Assembly: GCA_016927835.1 (NCBI GenBank) | Contig: JAFGMA010000086.1 | Location: 1,061 to 65,060, forward strand | Source: Candidatus Zhuqueibacterota bacterium | GTDB lineage: Bacteria; Zhuqueibacterota; Zhuqueibacteria; Thermofontimicrobiales; Sulfurfontimicrobiaceae | Direction: 5' to 3' | DNA length: 64,000 bases | In this document: positions 38,762 to 48,422 of the stretch, piece by piece | Layout: every line of letters starts with the position of its first letter | Position numbering within the stretch: the stretch's first letter is position 1 | Translations under genes and position numbers: made by a program | Notes under the pieces: generated by a model | The model's input: only the letters and a program-made list of their open reading frames with translations | What the model was told of the DNA's origin: nothing | Database searches by the model: none

Positions 38762-40135
38762 TTACAGGTTGATGTCACTGATATTCAATTCATGCATTTT
38801 TCGATAGAGAGAAGATTGGCTCAAACCCAGCGTGTCGGCTGCAGATCTTTTATCATTTTTTGATCTCTTCAATGCTTTCAAAATGAATCGCCGCTCAAAA
38901 TCTTTCAGCGCATCTTTCAGCGCTGTACCATTAGTTTCTTCATTCTGAATCGCGGGAAAAAGATTGGGCGGCAAATGCCCCGGTTGAATCAAGTCTTCAT
39001 CGCAGAGGATCATCGCCCGTTCGATGACATTATCCAACTCGCGCACGTTGCCTTTCCAGGAGTAACCCTGAAGCATCTTCAATGTGTCGGTGTGGATGCC
39101 CTTGATGCGCTTATTCAATTGCGGGTTGTGAATAGCGATAAAATGATTCACGAGCAATGGGATATCGTCGATTCGATCTCGAAGCGGAGGCAATTCAATT
39201 CCGACTACATTGAGTCGATAAAACAAGTCCTCCCTGAATTTTCCCAGCTCAATTTCGTGCAGCAAATTTTGATTTGACGCGGCGATAATTCGCACATCCA
39301 CCGGGATAGTATGCACACCGCCAACGGGCATAATTTCCTTTTCTTCTATGGCGCGCAATAATTTGATTTGCAGGTGAATCGGTATGTTGCTGATTTCATC
39401 CAGAAATAACGTACCGCCGGATGCGATTTTGAAAAGCCCGACTTTGTCCCTGATCGCGCCGGTGAACGCGCCTTTGACGTGCCCGAATAATTCGCTTTCC
39501 ATCAAATTTTCGGCGATTGCACCGCAGTTGATAACGACGAACCGTTCCTGCGCGCGCTTGCTCTGGCGATAAATTTCGCGTGCCACGAGTTCTTTGCCGG
39601 TTCCGCTTTCGCCCGTGATCAGCACAGTCGATTCGATAGGCGCAACGCGTTTGATCAGATCGTGAACGGCATTGATGAGTTTGCTCTCGCCTATAATTTG
39701 CTTCCGGCTGCGATTTTGGTTGAGCTGCTCTTTCAAAAAGCGATTCTCACGGACCAATTCCTGTTTTTCAATCGCTTTTTCAACCGCTTTTAAAACCGTT
39801 GTTCGTTTAAATGGTTTCGGGATGAAATCATACGCACCTTCACGGATTGCCTGCACCGCCATTTCAATAGTGCCATAGCCCGTCAACAGCAGCACCTCGA
39901 TATCCTGGCGCTCCGATTTGATGATTTTCAGAAATTCAAAACCATCCATTTCCGGCATTCGGACATCGGCGATCACGATGTCGATAGTATCGATTTCGAG
40001 CAGCTCCATCGCGATTTTCGGATTATCCGCGAGCAAAACGCGGTAGTCTTCCTTTTGCAGAACTTTTTTCATGGAAGCGCGCAATTCGCGATCATCATCT
40101 ACAAAAAGGATGGTTTTATCGTGGGCAGCATTCAC
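38762..40135 (-). CDS. sigma-54-dependent response regulator (NtrC/Fis family)
   Basis: It has a receiver domain (ILFVDDD..DIVIADVRMPEMDG), an AAA+ domain (GESGTGKE, GAFTGA, ESELFGH) and a C-terminal HTH. The GTG at 40135 (GAGGAA 8 nt upstream, just after the kinase stop) is preferred to the track ATG at 40213, which overlaps the kinase by 72 nt. Confidence 0.85.
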   Translation of the reverse strand: MNAAHDKTILFVDDDRELRASMKKVLQKEDYRVLLADNPKIAMELLEIDTIDIVIADVRMPEMDGFEFLKIIKSERQDIEVLLLTGYGTIEMAVQAIREGAYDFIPKPFKRTTVLKAVEKAIEKQELVRENRFLKEQLNQNRSRKQIIGESKLINAVHDLIKRVAPIESTVLITGESGTGKELVAREIYRQSKRAQERFVVINCGAIAENLMESELFGHVKGAFTGAIRDKVGLFKIASGGTLFLDEISNIPIHLQIKLLRAIEEKEIMPVGGVHTIPVDVRIIAASNQNLLHEIELGKFREDLFYRLNVVGIELPPLRDRIDDIPLLVNHFIAIHNPQLNKRIKGIHTDTLKMLQGYSWKGNVRELDNVIERAMILCDEDLIQPGHLPPNLFPAIQNEETNGTALKDALKDFERRFILKALKRSKNDKRSAADTLGLSQSSLYRKMHELNISDINL

Positions 40136-40140
40136 TATGA

Positions 40141-41682
40141 CTATTCCTCGAATTCGTGATTTCCGGGCAAGTGTATCGTTAGCGCCGTACCAAAGCCCGG
40201 TTGGCTTTCGCATGCAATCGTGCCATGGTGACCGAGTATGATTTGCTGCGCAATAGCTAATCCCAAACCTGTGCCGCCATTTTTTGAACTATAAAACAAC
40301 TCGAAGATGTCGTTCAGATGCTCTTTTTCGATGCCGCATCCGGTATCGGAAATTTGGAGTTCAACCCGGTTGTCGACTGCTTTCGTCCGGATTGCGATTT
40401 GTCCGCCCTGGGGCATCGCTTCCATTGAATTCTTCAGGATATTGAGCAGCGCCTGCCGCATTTGCCGGCGATCAAGGGAGATATCAGGCAACTTCTTATC
40501 AAGTTCTTTTGTCACCCTGATTTTGTGGGCTGCAAATTCATGCGTTTGAAATGTGAGCAAGTCAAGAATAAGTTGGTTCAAGTCTACCCGTTCTAGCTTC
40601 TGCCGCGGGAGCCGATAAAATTGCAAATACTCCTCGGTGAAGGAAACCAGGCGTTCGATCTCTGACATAATGGAAGATAGCAGGCTCTTTGCTTCTTCAA
40701 TTGAGCCGTTTTTAAAATTGTTAATTTCATCTTCGAGCAGTTCAGTATTCAGACTGATAGATGAAAGCGGATTGCGAATTTCATGAGCGACCTTGGCTGC
40801 CAATTTACCCAGCGAAGCCAGTCGTTCGGATTTAAGAAATTGCTGCTCCAGCTTGACGGCATCGGAGATATCCTGCACCAATTCGAGGACTTGATACGTT
40901 TGCCCGTTTTCGTTTTGCACCGGGATGGCATCTATTTGAAAATATTGGGGATCGTCTTCGGAATCAGTGATTTTTCGTACGACGCGCTCGATGCGCCCGG
41001 TTTGAAAAGTTCGTTTTGCCGGGCAGTCTTCGCAGGCTTCATTCTGATTCCAATGCACTTTGAAGCATGCTGTGGCGTGCGGCGCTTTTGCTTTGTGTAT
41101 TGCATCATGCAGGTATTCATTGAACCACAATACCTCGAAATTGGCATCGATTAGCGAAAGCCCGGCGCCGATCGCACTCAGAATTCCTTCCAGCTTCTGT
41201 TTCTCTTTTTCTAATTCCTGATAATGCAGAACGGACTGCTCCGCCTGCGCCAATTTGCGGGTTTTATTAGCAACCTGTTCTTCTCTGATGCGCGCATAGC
41301 AATCTGTAAAATTGAAAAGCGACCGCAAGAACAAGATTTCGATATCCTTGCAATCATTTATAAATTCCTGAATATCGGAACCGGATTTAATCGCCTTGCA
41401 TATCACCTCTTTGCCGATGAAAAACGCTCTCTCAATGCTCGACAAGTTGAAATTCATCTCGCTTCGAAATCGGGCAATGTGGGCGATAAATTTATTCAAC
41501 TCGGAATCATCATCCATTTTCAAAAGCACGATCAAGCTATCAAGGTGCGATTGGATGGTTTGGCGCAATTCCGCAGTATGGCGTTCCTTGTATTCAGAAA
41601 CTTCGTTTTGCAATCGCGTTACCCATGTTTTTACAATGGTATCATGCGATGCTTCAATTTTTTCCGCAAGCTTTGAATTCAT
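40141..41682 (-). CDS. sensor histidine kinase (cytoplasmic, PAS-like + HisKA + HATPase_c)
   Basis: The H-box is VAHEIRNPLSSI, the N-box NILKNSMEAM and the G-boxes DTGCGI and GGTGLGLAI. There is no obvious TM segment. Confidence 0.85.
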   Translation of the reverse strand: MNSKLAEKIEASHDTIVKTWVTRLQNEVSEYKERHTAELRQTIQSHLDSLIVLLKMDDDSELNKFIAHIARFRSEMNFNLSSIERAFFIGKEVICKAIKSGSDIQEFINDCKDIEILFLRSLFNFTDCYARIREEQVANKTRKLAQAEQSVLHYQELEKEKQKLEGILSAIGAGLSLIDANFEVLWFNEYLHDAIHKAKAPHATACFKVHWNQNEACEDCPAKRTFQTGRIERVVRKITDSEDDPQYFQIDAIPVQNENGQTYQVLELVQDISDAVKLEQQFLKSERLASLGKLAAKVAHEIRNPLSSISLNTELLEDEINNFKNGSIEEAKSLLSSIMSEIERLVSFTEEYLQFYRLPRQKLERVDLNQLILDLLTFQTHEFAAHKIRVTKELDKKLPDISLDRRQMRQALLNILKNSMEAMPQGGQIAIRTKAVDNRVELQISDTGCGIEKEHLNDIFELFYSSKNGGTGLGLAIAQQIILGHHGTIACESQPGFGTALTIHLPGNHEFEE

Positions 41683-41698
41683 TTTTTGGAAAATGGTG

Positions 41699-42556
41699 TT
41701 ACTTGACTTCTTTGAACAGGTAGAAAATGATACCGTATAGCTGCTTATCCTCGTGGCAGTAGTCGAGAAAATCCTCAGCGATCACCTTCCCTGCGCGCGA
41801 CGATGCATGAATAAATACTTTACCGTCGAATACCATTCCTTCGTGCCCGACAACAATTCCCAATTTGAAAAGTTTTTTCCGAACAATACCCACCCCACAG
41901 ACAGGTGGCAAACGACTTAATAATTCACTTGTGATATACCGTTCCGGGATAAGGGGCACAACGATATCTTTTTGCCAATGAATTGGCAGGAAATATTCAC
42001 CATCATATTTCCGGTTTAGCGTGATATGTATCGAGTCGAGTTCACAGTATTGGGCGATTTTAGAGCTCAAATCTTCATAATATTCACAGGTTAAAATGCG
42101 ATCGCTGGTGTAATGTCGGCGATTTTCATATTGAATTGCCTTATCACCGGGTGCCACCGGGTAATAGTTGATGAATGTCATCAGGCTTTCGGCGGCTGCG
42201 TAAGATTTTGCATGTGCCAGGGCAGCATTCGTTAGCACCTGAACTGTGCAATTGGTGCGGCTAATCGTGAAAACCGGATTTGGCTCAACGCCCTCCCCAT
42301 CGCCAATGGCTTCGATATGGTACGGCGTATCAAGTCGCAGGATCGAAAGCGCGCGCAGACGATCATTAAATTCAGGAAAAAGGGCATGCAGTTGAGGTAA
42401 CAATTGATCGACTTCGGCGGGGGTCATCAGGTGCATTTTTTTTTGTCGTGAAAGCCATGCCTTCTGTTCCGGAAGCATCGTTACATCTAGCTGCGCTATC
42501 AATCCGGAACGGGCTGGAATAACGAACAAGCATAGTATCAGGTAGCGTTTTAACAT
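41699..42556 (-). CDS. secreted DUF1460-like (amidase-like) protein
   Basis: It has a signal peptide. The Cys context ISRTNCTVQVLTNAALA and the C-terminal HEGMVFDGKVFIHASSRAGKVI resemble DUF1460 as I remember it. It lies 16 nt upstream of the kinase gene on the same strand. Confidence 0.5.
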   Translation of the reverse strand: MLKRYLILCLFVIPARSGLIAQLDVTMLPEQKAWLSRQKKMHLMTPAEVDQLLPQLHALFPEFNDRLRALSILRLDTPYHIEAIGDGEGVEPNPVFTISRTNCTVQVLTNAALAHAKSYAAAESLMTFINYYPVAPGDKAIQYENRRHYTSDRILTCEYYEDLSSKIAQYCELDSIHITLNRKYDGEYFLPIHWQKDIVVPLIPERYITSELLSRLPPVCGVGIVRKKLFKLGIVVGHEGMVFDGKVFIHASSRAGKVIAEDFLDYCHEDKQLYGIIFYLFKEVK

Positions 42557-42609
42557 GATTTCACGTCTACGAATCCCTCAAGTGGTTTGGATTAGATAAA
42601 AGTTTCATC

Positions 42610-42638
42610 AATATAAAAAATTAATGGAACATTGTCAA
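42610..42638 (-). promoter_or_regulatory. consensus sigma70-type promoter (TTGACA-17-TATATT) for the DUF1460/kinase/NtrC operon
   Basis: The minus strand reads TTGACA-atgttccattaattttt-TATATT. It lies ~50 nt upstream of the ATG at 42556. Confidence 0.5.
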
Positions 42639-42665
42639 CACAAAATTTGCCGCGCAGGGCAATGG

Positions 42666-42742
42666 TTCAGTTATTTTTTGTTTTTACGATTTGCAATATC
42701 TCCCGGGTTCCAAAACAAGAGTTATAGAATGAGTGATTGAGG
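42666..42742 (+). repeat. Family-1 repeat, degenerate copy E
   Basis: TTCAGTTATTTTTTGTTTTTACGATTTGCAATATCTCCCGGGTTCCAAAACAAGAGTTATAGAATGAGTGATTGAGG is collinear with copies A-D, but the 3' half of the inner hairpin is decayed. Confidence 0.4.
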
Positions 42743-43053
42743 ATTTGCCCAAGCGGCGCTTAGCAGGTGTGGGTGATTTCCATCATTGGACGCGCTTCCT
42801 GATATCCATTTGATGAGTTTTTGTTGGCAGAAACATCCGAAATGGCATGCAATTTCTCGTTTATTTTATGTCATTTTTGAATTTATATATTCGCCGTACT
42901 TATTTTTATTGATTTGGGATGAAACAAGTGTTTCAGGGTATTTCATAAAAAAAGCGAAACGCGCCTGCGGGTTCAGGAAATTAAAAAATAATAGTAAAAT
43001 ATAAGTTATAAAAAAAACAATTAATTATGCATGTAATCAAATTTATATTTAAA

Positions 43054-43069
43054 TGGTATACATTTTGCA
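43054..43069 (+). promoter_or_regulatory. candidate sigma-54 promoter upstream of the giant surface protein
   Basis: TGGTAT-ACAT-TTTGCA has GG and GC separated by exactly 10 nt and a TTGCA -12 element. It lies ~360 nt upstream of the ATG at 43427, inside a very AT-rich region, so a chance match is possible. Confidence 0.33.
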
Positions 43070-43426
43070 AAATTAAGATTTTGTGCATTATTATATGGTT
43101 TAAAAATTATAAATTATATGTAGTTATGCTGAATTGACAAGTTTACTGCTGCTGCGATTACAAATTTGTATTGCAAAAGAAATCAAGATTTTATGTTTTT
43201 TGTCGATAATGATGAAAGGCGTTCCTTGCCATGATTATAATTGGATTAAGAAATAATGTTTTAAATAATAAACTGAAAATGAAGCGATATACTAATTCTA
43301 TGAATCATGTTCCACGCGATATACTAAACTAATTTTCTGGTCAGGACTTATCCTTCTCAGCGAAACCTGCAAAATCAAACGTAAAGTCGGACAATGGCAA
43401 TAAATAAAATTATAAATTCACAATAA

Positions 43427-46400
43427 ATGGGGTTACTTCAGATGATTAAAAAAATTGCACTATTCATTTTCATCGCCTGTATCGCAAATACCGCTTTAGC
43501 AAATTGGTCAGATCCGATTCAGATTGCCACCGCCAATGCACCAGATGTGGCAGTGGATCGGAATAGTGGCGATGTGCATATTTTATGTATTGGTAGCAGC
43601 GGACTTCTTTATACAAAATGTGATGCAGCCGGTGTCATTCAATCTCAGCAGGTGGTGCCCGGGGCGAGTGGCGAAATCGGCGGAGGCAATTTCGGTGCCT
43701 CAATCGCAGTTGATACGCAGGGCAATCCTCATATTGTATACCGTGTTACACAAGATGGAAGCCCGCCATTCCACGAGGGATATTATATTTATAAACGATC
43801 CAACGGCACCTGGTCGGCGCCTTTAAAATTATACGATCTTACTGAAAGAGGCTATATTCTTAGAATTGCTATGGATAGCTATGACAACGCACATATCATT
43901 CATTCCGAACACATTCAGGATGGTTATGGGCAGTTTAGCTATACAAGAATCAAAAATGGGCAAATCACCAATACTATCTCCAGATTCACCGGGCTTTATG
44001 CTTACAGGACATCAGATCATGCAGAAATTGATGTGACGGCAGGCGGAAAAATTTATGTCGTCCTGGGGTGCCCGGTAAATGATCATCCTTTCCAATTATT
44101 CGCGTCAATGGATCAAGGCAATTCCTTTTCACATCTCGGAACTGTCTATGATCCCGAAGACGTGAATGAACATACTGGCAGTCCCGATGTGTTTGTGAGT
44201 TCCGATGGGAGTGTTCATATCGCATTTGGTTCAAACCGGGATGCCGCCACAAGCTTCCAGCCTTCGGTTCGCTACTCAAAGTGGGTAAATGATACCGAAT
44301 GGATCAATACCAACGTAACCGCACCGAACGAGTGTACCGGATGGGGTAACGGAACCGACCATGGCATCGGATCCATTGCTGCCAGTGATGACGGACAGTA
44401 CCTCATTGCTATTTATAACAAAACCGAAAGCGGGCAGTTGCGCTGGCGTTATTCCGATGATTATGGCGCTCATTGGACCGATCCCTCACAAATCTCAGCA
44501 GTTGCCGGAGGTTTTACAGGCAGGGATAAACCTCGAATTCGTGCCTATGTCAAGCGATTTTATGCCGTATATTCAAATCTCAATGACGGTTTCACGTATC
44601 TGCGAATTTATTCCGTTCCGGGATTTAATCCCCCGGTTGCGAATGCCGGCGGTCCTTATAGCGGAACCGAAGGTACGGCACTCACCTTTAATGCCGGTGG
44701 TTCGACGGACGACAAGGGTATTGCCAAATATGAATGGGACTGGGGCAATGACGGAACGTATGACGATCAGACAACCAGCGCCACCATTCAGCATGTTTTT
44801 ACGGACAATTACAGCGGAACAATAAAATTGAGAGTCACCGATGTCAGCGGATTGATCGATATCGCTGAAGCGACGGTCAGTGTTGCAAATGCAAATCCGA
44901 TACCTAATCCGGGTGGCAGCTATAGTGGGACAGAAGGCTCTGCCGTTAGCTTTACGGTCACACCAAACGATCCGGGCAGCAATGACGGTCCGTTTACGTA
45001 CCTTTGGAACTTCGGTGATACCAAGACGAGTACCCAACAAAATCCGACGCATACCTATACTGACAATAAAACGTATACTGTTACTGTTAAAGTGACGGAT
45101 AAAGATGGGGGCATGGGGCAAGCTCAAACCACCGCCAATATCAGCAATGCCAATCCGGTTCCCAATGCCGGCGGACCCTACACCGGGCGCATTCAGCAAC
45201 CAGTCGCCCTGACGGGGAGCGCCAATGATCCGGGCACGGATGATACCCATACCTATCAATGGGATACGAATAATGACGGATCGTATGATTTGAATGGTCA
45301 AAGTGTAAATGCTTATTTCAGTTCGCCGGGCAATCATACTGTCAAATTGAAAGTGACCGATGATGACGGCGGTAGTGGATATGCCACAACTACCGTGACG
45401 ATCGATACGGAAAGCCCGACGATTAGTCAGATCGGCGATCAAATCGTCAACGAAGGGACACCTTTTCCGGCGTTGCACCTGGATGATTATGTGACTGATC
45501 TCGATAATCCGGATAATGAATTAACATGGTCATACTGGGGAAATGATTCATTGATCGTATCGCTGCAAAATCGCGTCGTCACCGTCACGGTTCCATATTC
45601 GGAATGGTCAGGATTTGAAAATATTACGTTCCAGGTTCGCGATCCGGATAATCACACCGCTCAGATCGTCGTCAAATTCCAGGTAAATGCGGTGAATGAT
45701 CCGCCTGTTCTGGGCAATATTTCCGATCAATTTATCACTGAAGATGATACGAGCACCATCTATCGTAGTACCCTTGTTGCGCTGGTCACCGATCCGGATA
45801 ACTCGCGAAATGACTTTGTATTTGAAATTATCAATAGCTCATATATCCACTCGTATAATGATGCTCTGGGCTTGAATATTTATGCCAATCCCAATTGGAC
45901 CGGAAATGAAAGCGTTACCATGAAAGTCTCCGATGGTGCCGGCGGTGTCGGGACGCGCGATTTTAAAGTCTTTGTGCAGCCGCAACCAGATCCGCCCAAA
46001 CCATTCAGCCTGCTCAATCCGCTGAATGAAACCTATAAAGTGTGGCCTTCGAGCATACTTTTCCAGTGGGAGAGTACCACCGATCCGGATCCGGGAGAAA
46101 CCGTGACCTATATCTGGCAACTAAGCCGATACAATAATTTTCAGACAATATTGAATCAATCGAACTCATTATCAATCAATAGCTTCACTTTCAATAATTC
46201 ACAGCAGAAAACACCGGGTATTTATTATTGGCGCGTCGAAGCGACTGGATCGGATGGTCATAAAACCTATTCCAAGAATTCTGGACAACTCCTCCTCGAT
46301 GCAAAAATGCCGGTTGTAAACCCTATCCCGAATCAGACAATAAAAGAAGGTGAAAGCTTCAAGACGATAAAACTGGATGATTACGTTTACGATGAAGATA

Positions 46401-47524
46401 ATACCGACGCCGAAATTTTGTGGCAGACGTACGGAAATATTCAATTAGGCGTCAATATTGATGCCAGCAGGATCGCCACGATTTCGATTCCGGCGCCAGA
46501 TTGGTACGGCATCGAGCAGATCATTTTCGAAGCGTCTGATCCGCTGGGTTTGAAAGACAGCGCTGTTGTGATCTTCACCGTAACCGATGTAAATGCAAAA
46601 CCCGTTTTACGAGCGCATCCGAAAGTCACCTTTCTTGAGGATTATTCTAAAACAATTACCCGCTCGACACTTGAGGGTTTGGTGACGGATGAAGATAACA
46701 GCGGTCCTGATTTTTCATTCAGCCTTGTTAAAAATAAAATCGTGAAATACACGATTCAACAAAATGGGGATATGCTTTTATATGCTGATCCCGATTCATC
46801 CGGCGACGAAACCGTTTTTCTGGTTGTGGATGATGGCGCCGGCGCGAAGGATTCCTCTGATTTAAAAGTGAGTATAACGCCTGTACCGGATCCGCCGAAA
46901 CCGTTTGACCTGGTTTCGCCGCCTGATGCCGCGAGTTTCATCACCTGGTTCCCGATTATGAAATTCATGTGGACCGAAGCTGTTGATCCTGATCCCGGGC
47001 AGGATGTATTTTACCTGTGGTATTTGAGCAAATCCAACACCTTCAATGAGGAAGAGATCATCGCCCAGGCAACGCTAATGGATCAAACTTATTACAATTA
47101 TCAGGCAACAACCAAGATTTACCAGGGCGTTTATTATTGGAAAGTCATAGCGACAGGCTACGATGGCGGAACAACCCAATCGAATCAGGTACATACATTG
47201 AGCTTGATCACCTCGGTTGATGGCGTGCCATCAGGTGGGATCCCAAAGGAATTCAAGTTGCTGCAAAATCATCCCAATCCGTTTAATAGCGATACCCGGG
47301 TGTCGTACCATTTGCCTGAGAATTCGAATGTAACATTGAGGATTTATAATAACCTAGGGCAGTCGATCAGAACGCTGGTTGAAGAAGATCAGGTAGCCGG
47401 TGTGTATCAGGTGACCTGGGATGGCAAAAATGACCTGGGGCAGCAGGTCTCCAGCGGCATTTATATTTATCAGCTAAAGGCTGCCAATAAGGTAACATTC
47501 AAAAAGATGCTGCTGATTCAGTGA
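43427..47524 (+). CDS. giant secreted surface protein: BNR/sialidase-like propeller + 3 PKD domains + two ~300-aa super-repeats + T9SS type-A C-terminal sorting domain
   Basis: 1365 aa with a signal peptide. Asp-box-like SDDYGAHW and SSDGSVH are present. There are three PKD units (NAGGPYSGTEG..YEWDWGNDG..; ..YLWNFGD..; ..YQWDTNNDG..). The C-terminal PNPFNSDTRVSY..LRIYNNLGQ..GVYQVTWDGKN..SGIYIYQLKA is a typical T9SS CTD. The alternative start is 43442. Confidence 0.85.
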   Translation: MGLLQMIKKIALFIFIACIANTALANWSDPIQIATANAPDVAVDRNSGDVHILCIGSSGLLYTKCDAAGVIQSQQVVPGASGEIGGGNFGASIAVDTQGNPHIVYRVTQDGSPPFHEGYYIYKRSNGTWSAPLKLYDLTERGYILRIAMDSYDNAHIIHSEHIQDGYGQFSYTRIKNGQITNTISRFTGLYAYRTSDHAEIDVTAGGKIYVVLGCPVNDHPFQLFASMDQGNSFSHLGTVYDPEDVNEHTGSPDVFVSSDGSVHIAFGSNRDAATSFQPSVRYSKWVNDTEWINTNVTAPNECTGWGNGTDHGIGSIAASDDGQYLIAIYNKTESGQLRWRYSDDYGAHWTDPSQISAVAGGFTGRDKPRIRAYVKRFYAVYSNLNDGFTYLRIYSVPGFNPPVANAGGPYSGTEGTALTFNAGGSTDDKGIAKYEWDWGNDGTYDDQTTSATIQHVFTDNYSGTIKLRVTDVSGLIDIAEATVSVANANPIPNPGGSYSGTEGSAVSFTVTPNDPGSNDGPFTYLWNFGDTKTSTQQNPTHTYTDNKTYTVTVKVTDKDGGMGQAQTTANISNANPVPNAGGPYTGRIQQPVALTGSANDPGTDDTHTYQWDTNNDGSYDLNGQSVNAYFSSPGNHTVKLKVTDDDGGSGYATTTVTIDTESPTISQIGDQIVNEGTPFPALHLDDYVTDLDNPDNELTWSYWGNDSLIVSLQNRVVTVTVPYSEWSGFENITFQVRDPDNHTAQIVVKFQVNAVNDPPVLGNISDQFITEDDTSTIYRSTLVALVTDPDNSRNDFVFEIINSSYIHSYNDALGLNIYANPNWTGNESVTMKVSDGAGGVGTRDFKVFVQPQPDPPKPFSLLNPLNETYKVWPSSILFQWESTTDPDPGETVTYIWQLSRYNNFQTILNQSNSLSINSFTFNNSQQKTPGIYYWRVEATGSDGHKTYSKNSGQLLLDAKMPVVNPIPNQTIKEGESFKTIKLDDYVYDEDNTDAEILWQTYGNIQLGVNIDASRIATISIPAPDWYGIEQIIFEASDPLGLKDSAVVIFTVTDVNAKPVLRAHPKVTFLEDYSKTITRSTLEGLVTDEDNSGPDFSFSLVKNKIVKYTIQQNGDMLLYADPDSSGDETVFLVVDDGAGAKDSSDLKVSITPVPDPPKPFDLVSPPDAASFITWFPIMKFMWTEAVDPDPGQDVFYLWYLSKSNTFNEEEIIAQATLMDQTYYNYQATTKIYQGVYYWKVIATGYDGGTTQSNQVHTLSLITSVDGVPSGGIPKEFKLLQNHPNPFNSDTRVSYHLPENSNVTLRIYNNLGQSIRTLVEEDQVAGVYQVTWDGKNDLGQQVSSGIYIYQLKAANKVTFKKMLLIQ

Positions 47525-47613
47525 TTTTAAGATTGAAAGCTTCCACAACATTCCCTCTGTCCGGTGTTGATGGAGTTGGGGCAAAATGATTAATACCGGA
47601 CCTATAGAACAAA

Positions 47614-47651
47614 GGCAGTTTGTCGTTTTTTCGGCAAGCTGCCTTTTTTTT
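47614..47651 (+). terminator. rho-independent terminator of the giant surface-protein gene
   Basis: GGCAGTTTG-(12-nt loop)-CAAGCTGCC is followed by T8. It lies 90 nt after the stop. Confidence 0.75.
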
Positions 47652-47856
47652 CGGAATGTCTGCCGCACTATTCATTTGTTGCGTAGGGCTTGATCCATGG
47701 CGCCCGGTAATGTAATCGCATTCCGGACGGAACATGGCTATTTGAATGAATTGCAAAACGGTTGCTATGAAATCCTTGTCGCAGCGCTCCACACACCAGT
47801 GCTTCGAATAGAGTCCAATGAAATCATCGCACAGTATCCATTCGTTGGGACTGCTT

Positions 47857-48294
47857 TTATGGTTGATTATTTTGAAGATAAGTTTTCGCACTCTCAATGA
47901 TTTCGGCTACAAATTTCCCAATGACCGGGATATCCACGACGCTGGAGAGTATCCAGGTGAGAAGTGCCAAAATCATCGTGCCAACAACCGAAGCCCCCAG
48001 AACGAAACCGACACCGCGGGACATCCCGATAACCAGATTGACGAAGATAATTCGGCGCGGATTAACGCTGAATTCATAATATTCAGCTACCTGATTGCTT
48101 CGCGCGTCCTGAAGAATTTTTTCGAAGCGCTTGATTAAGCGAAGCAATCGTTGGGTATGCGTAGATGATTCGACATCGCTTGGATGCTCAAAGGTTGCTT
48201 CGTCCTCTGAAGCCTTATCGATATTCGAATCTTCCCGGTGTGTCCCTGATTTCACTCGATTGTTCTGATCGGAGTTTTTATATCCACGTTGCAT
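47857..48294 (-). CDS. DUF5665-like small membrane protein
   Basis: The C-terminal half VAEYYEFSVNPRRIIFVNLVIGMSRGVGFVLGASVVGTMILALLTWILSSVVDIPVIGKFVAEII matches my memory of DUF5665. The ATG at 48294 has a GAGGTG RBS, and the track start at 48315 lacks one. Confidence 0.62.
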   Translation of the reverse strand: MQRGYKNSDQNNRVKSGTHREDSNIDKASEDEATFEHPSDVESSTHTQRLLRLIKRFEKILQDARSNQVAEYYEFSVNPRRIIFVNLVIGMSRGVGFVLGASVVGTMILALLTWILSSVVDIPVIGKFVAEIIESAKTYLQNNQP

Positions 48295-48422
48295 TTTCAC
48301 CTCGCATCGTTTCATTTCATTCTCAATTTAACAAAATAAGCATTCAATCAATAAATGCAAGCTCTTTTTTTAATATATCGGAACGTATCCAATCACGGGG
48401 AATTAATCAGTATTCTTGTTGA

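Noticed and set aside
44573-45478. Other long antisense shadow ORFs include 44573-45478, 22978-23778, 26730-27326, 49812-50426, 12532-13188 and 10917-11483.
   Set aside because: Each lies fully inside a gene with strong family motifs on the other strand. Several (44573-45478, 22978-23778, 26730-27326) are codon-aligned -1 frames. None has an RBS or recognisable motifs.
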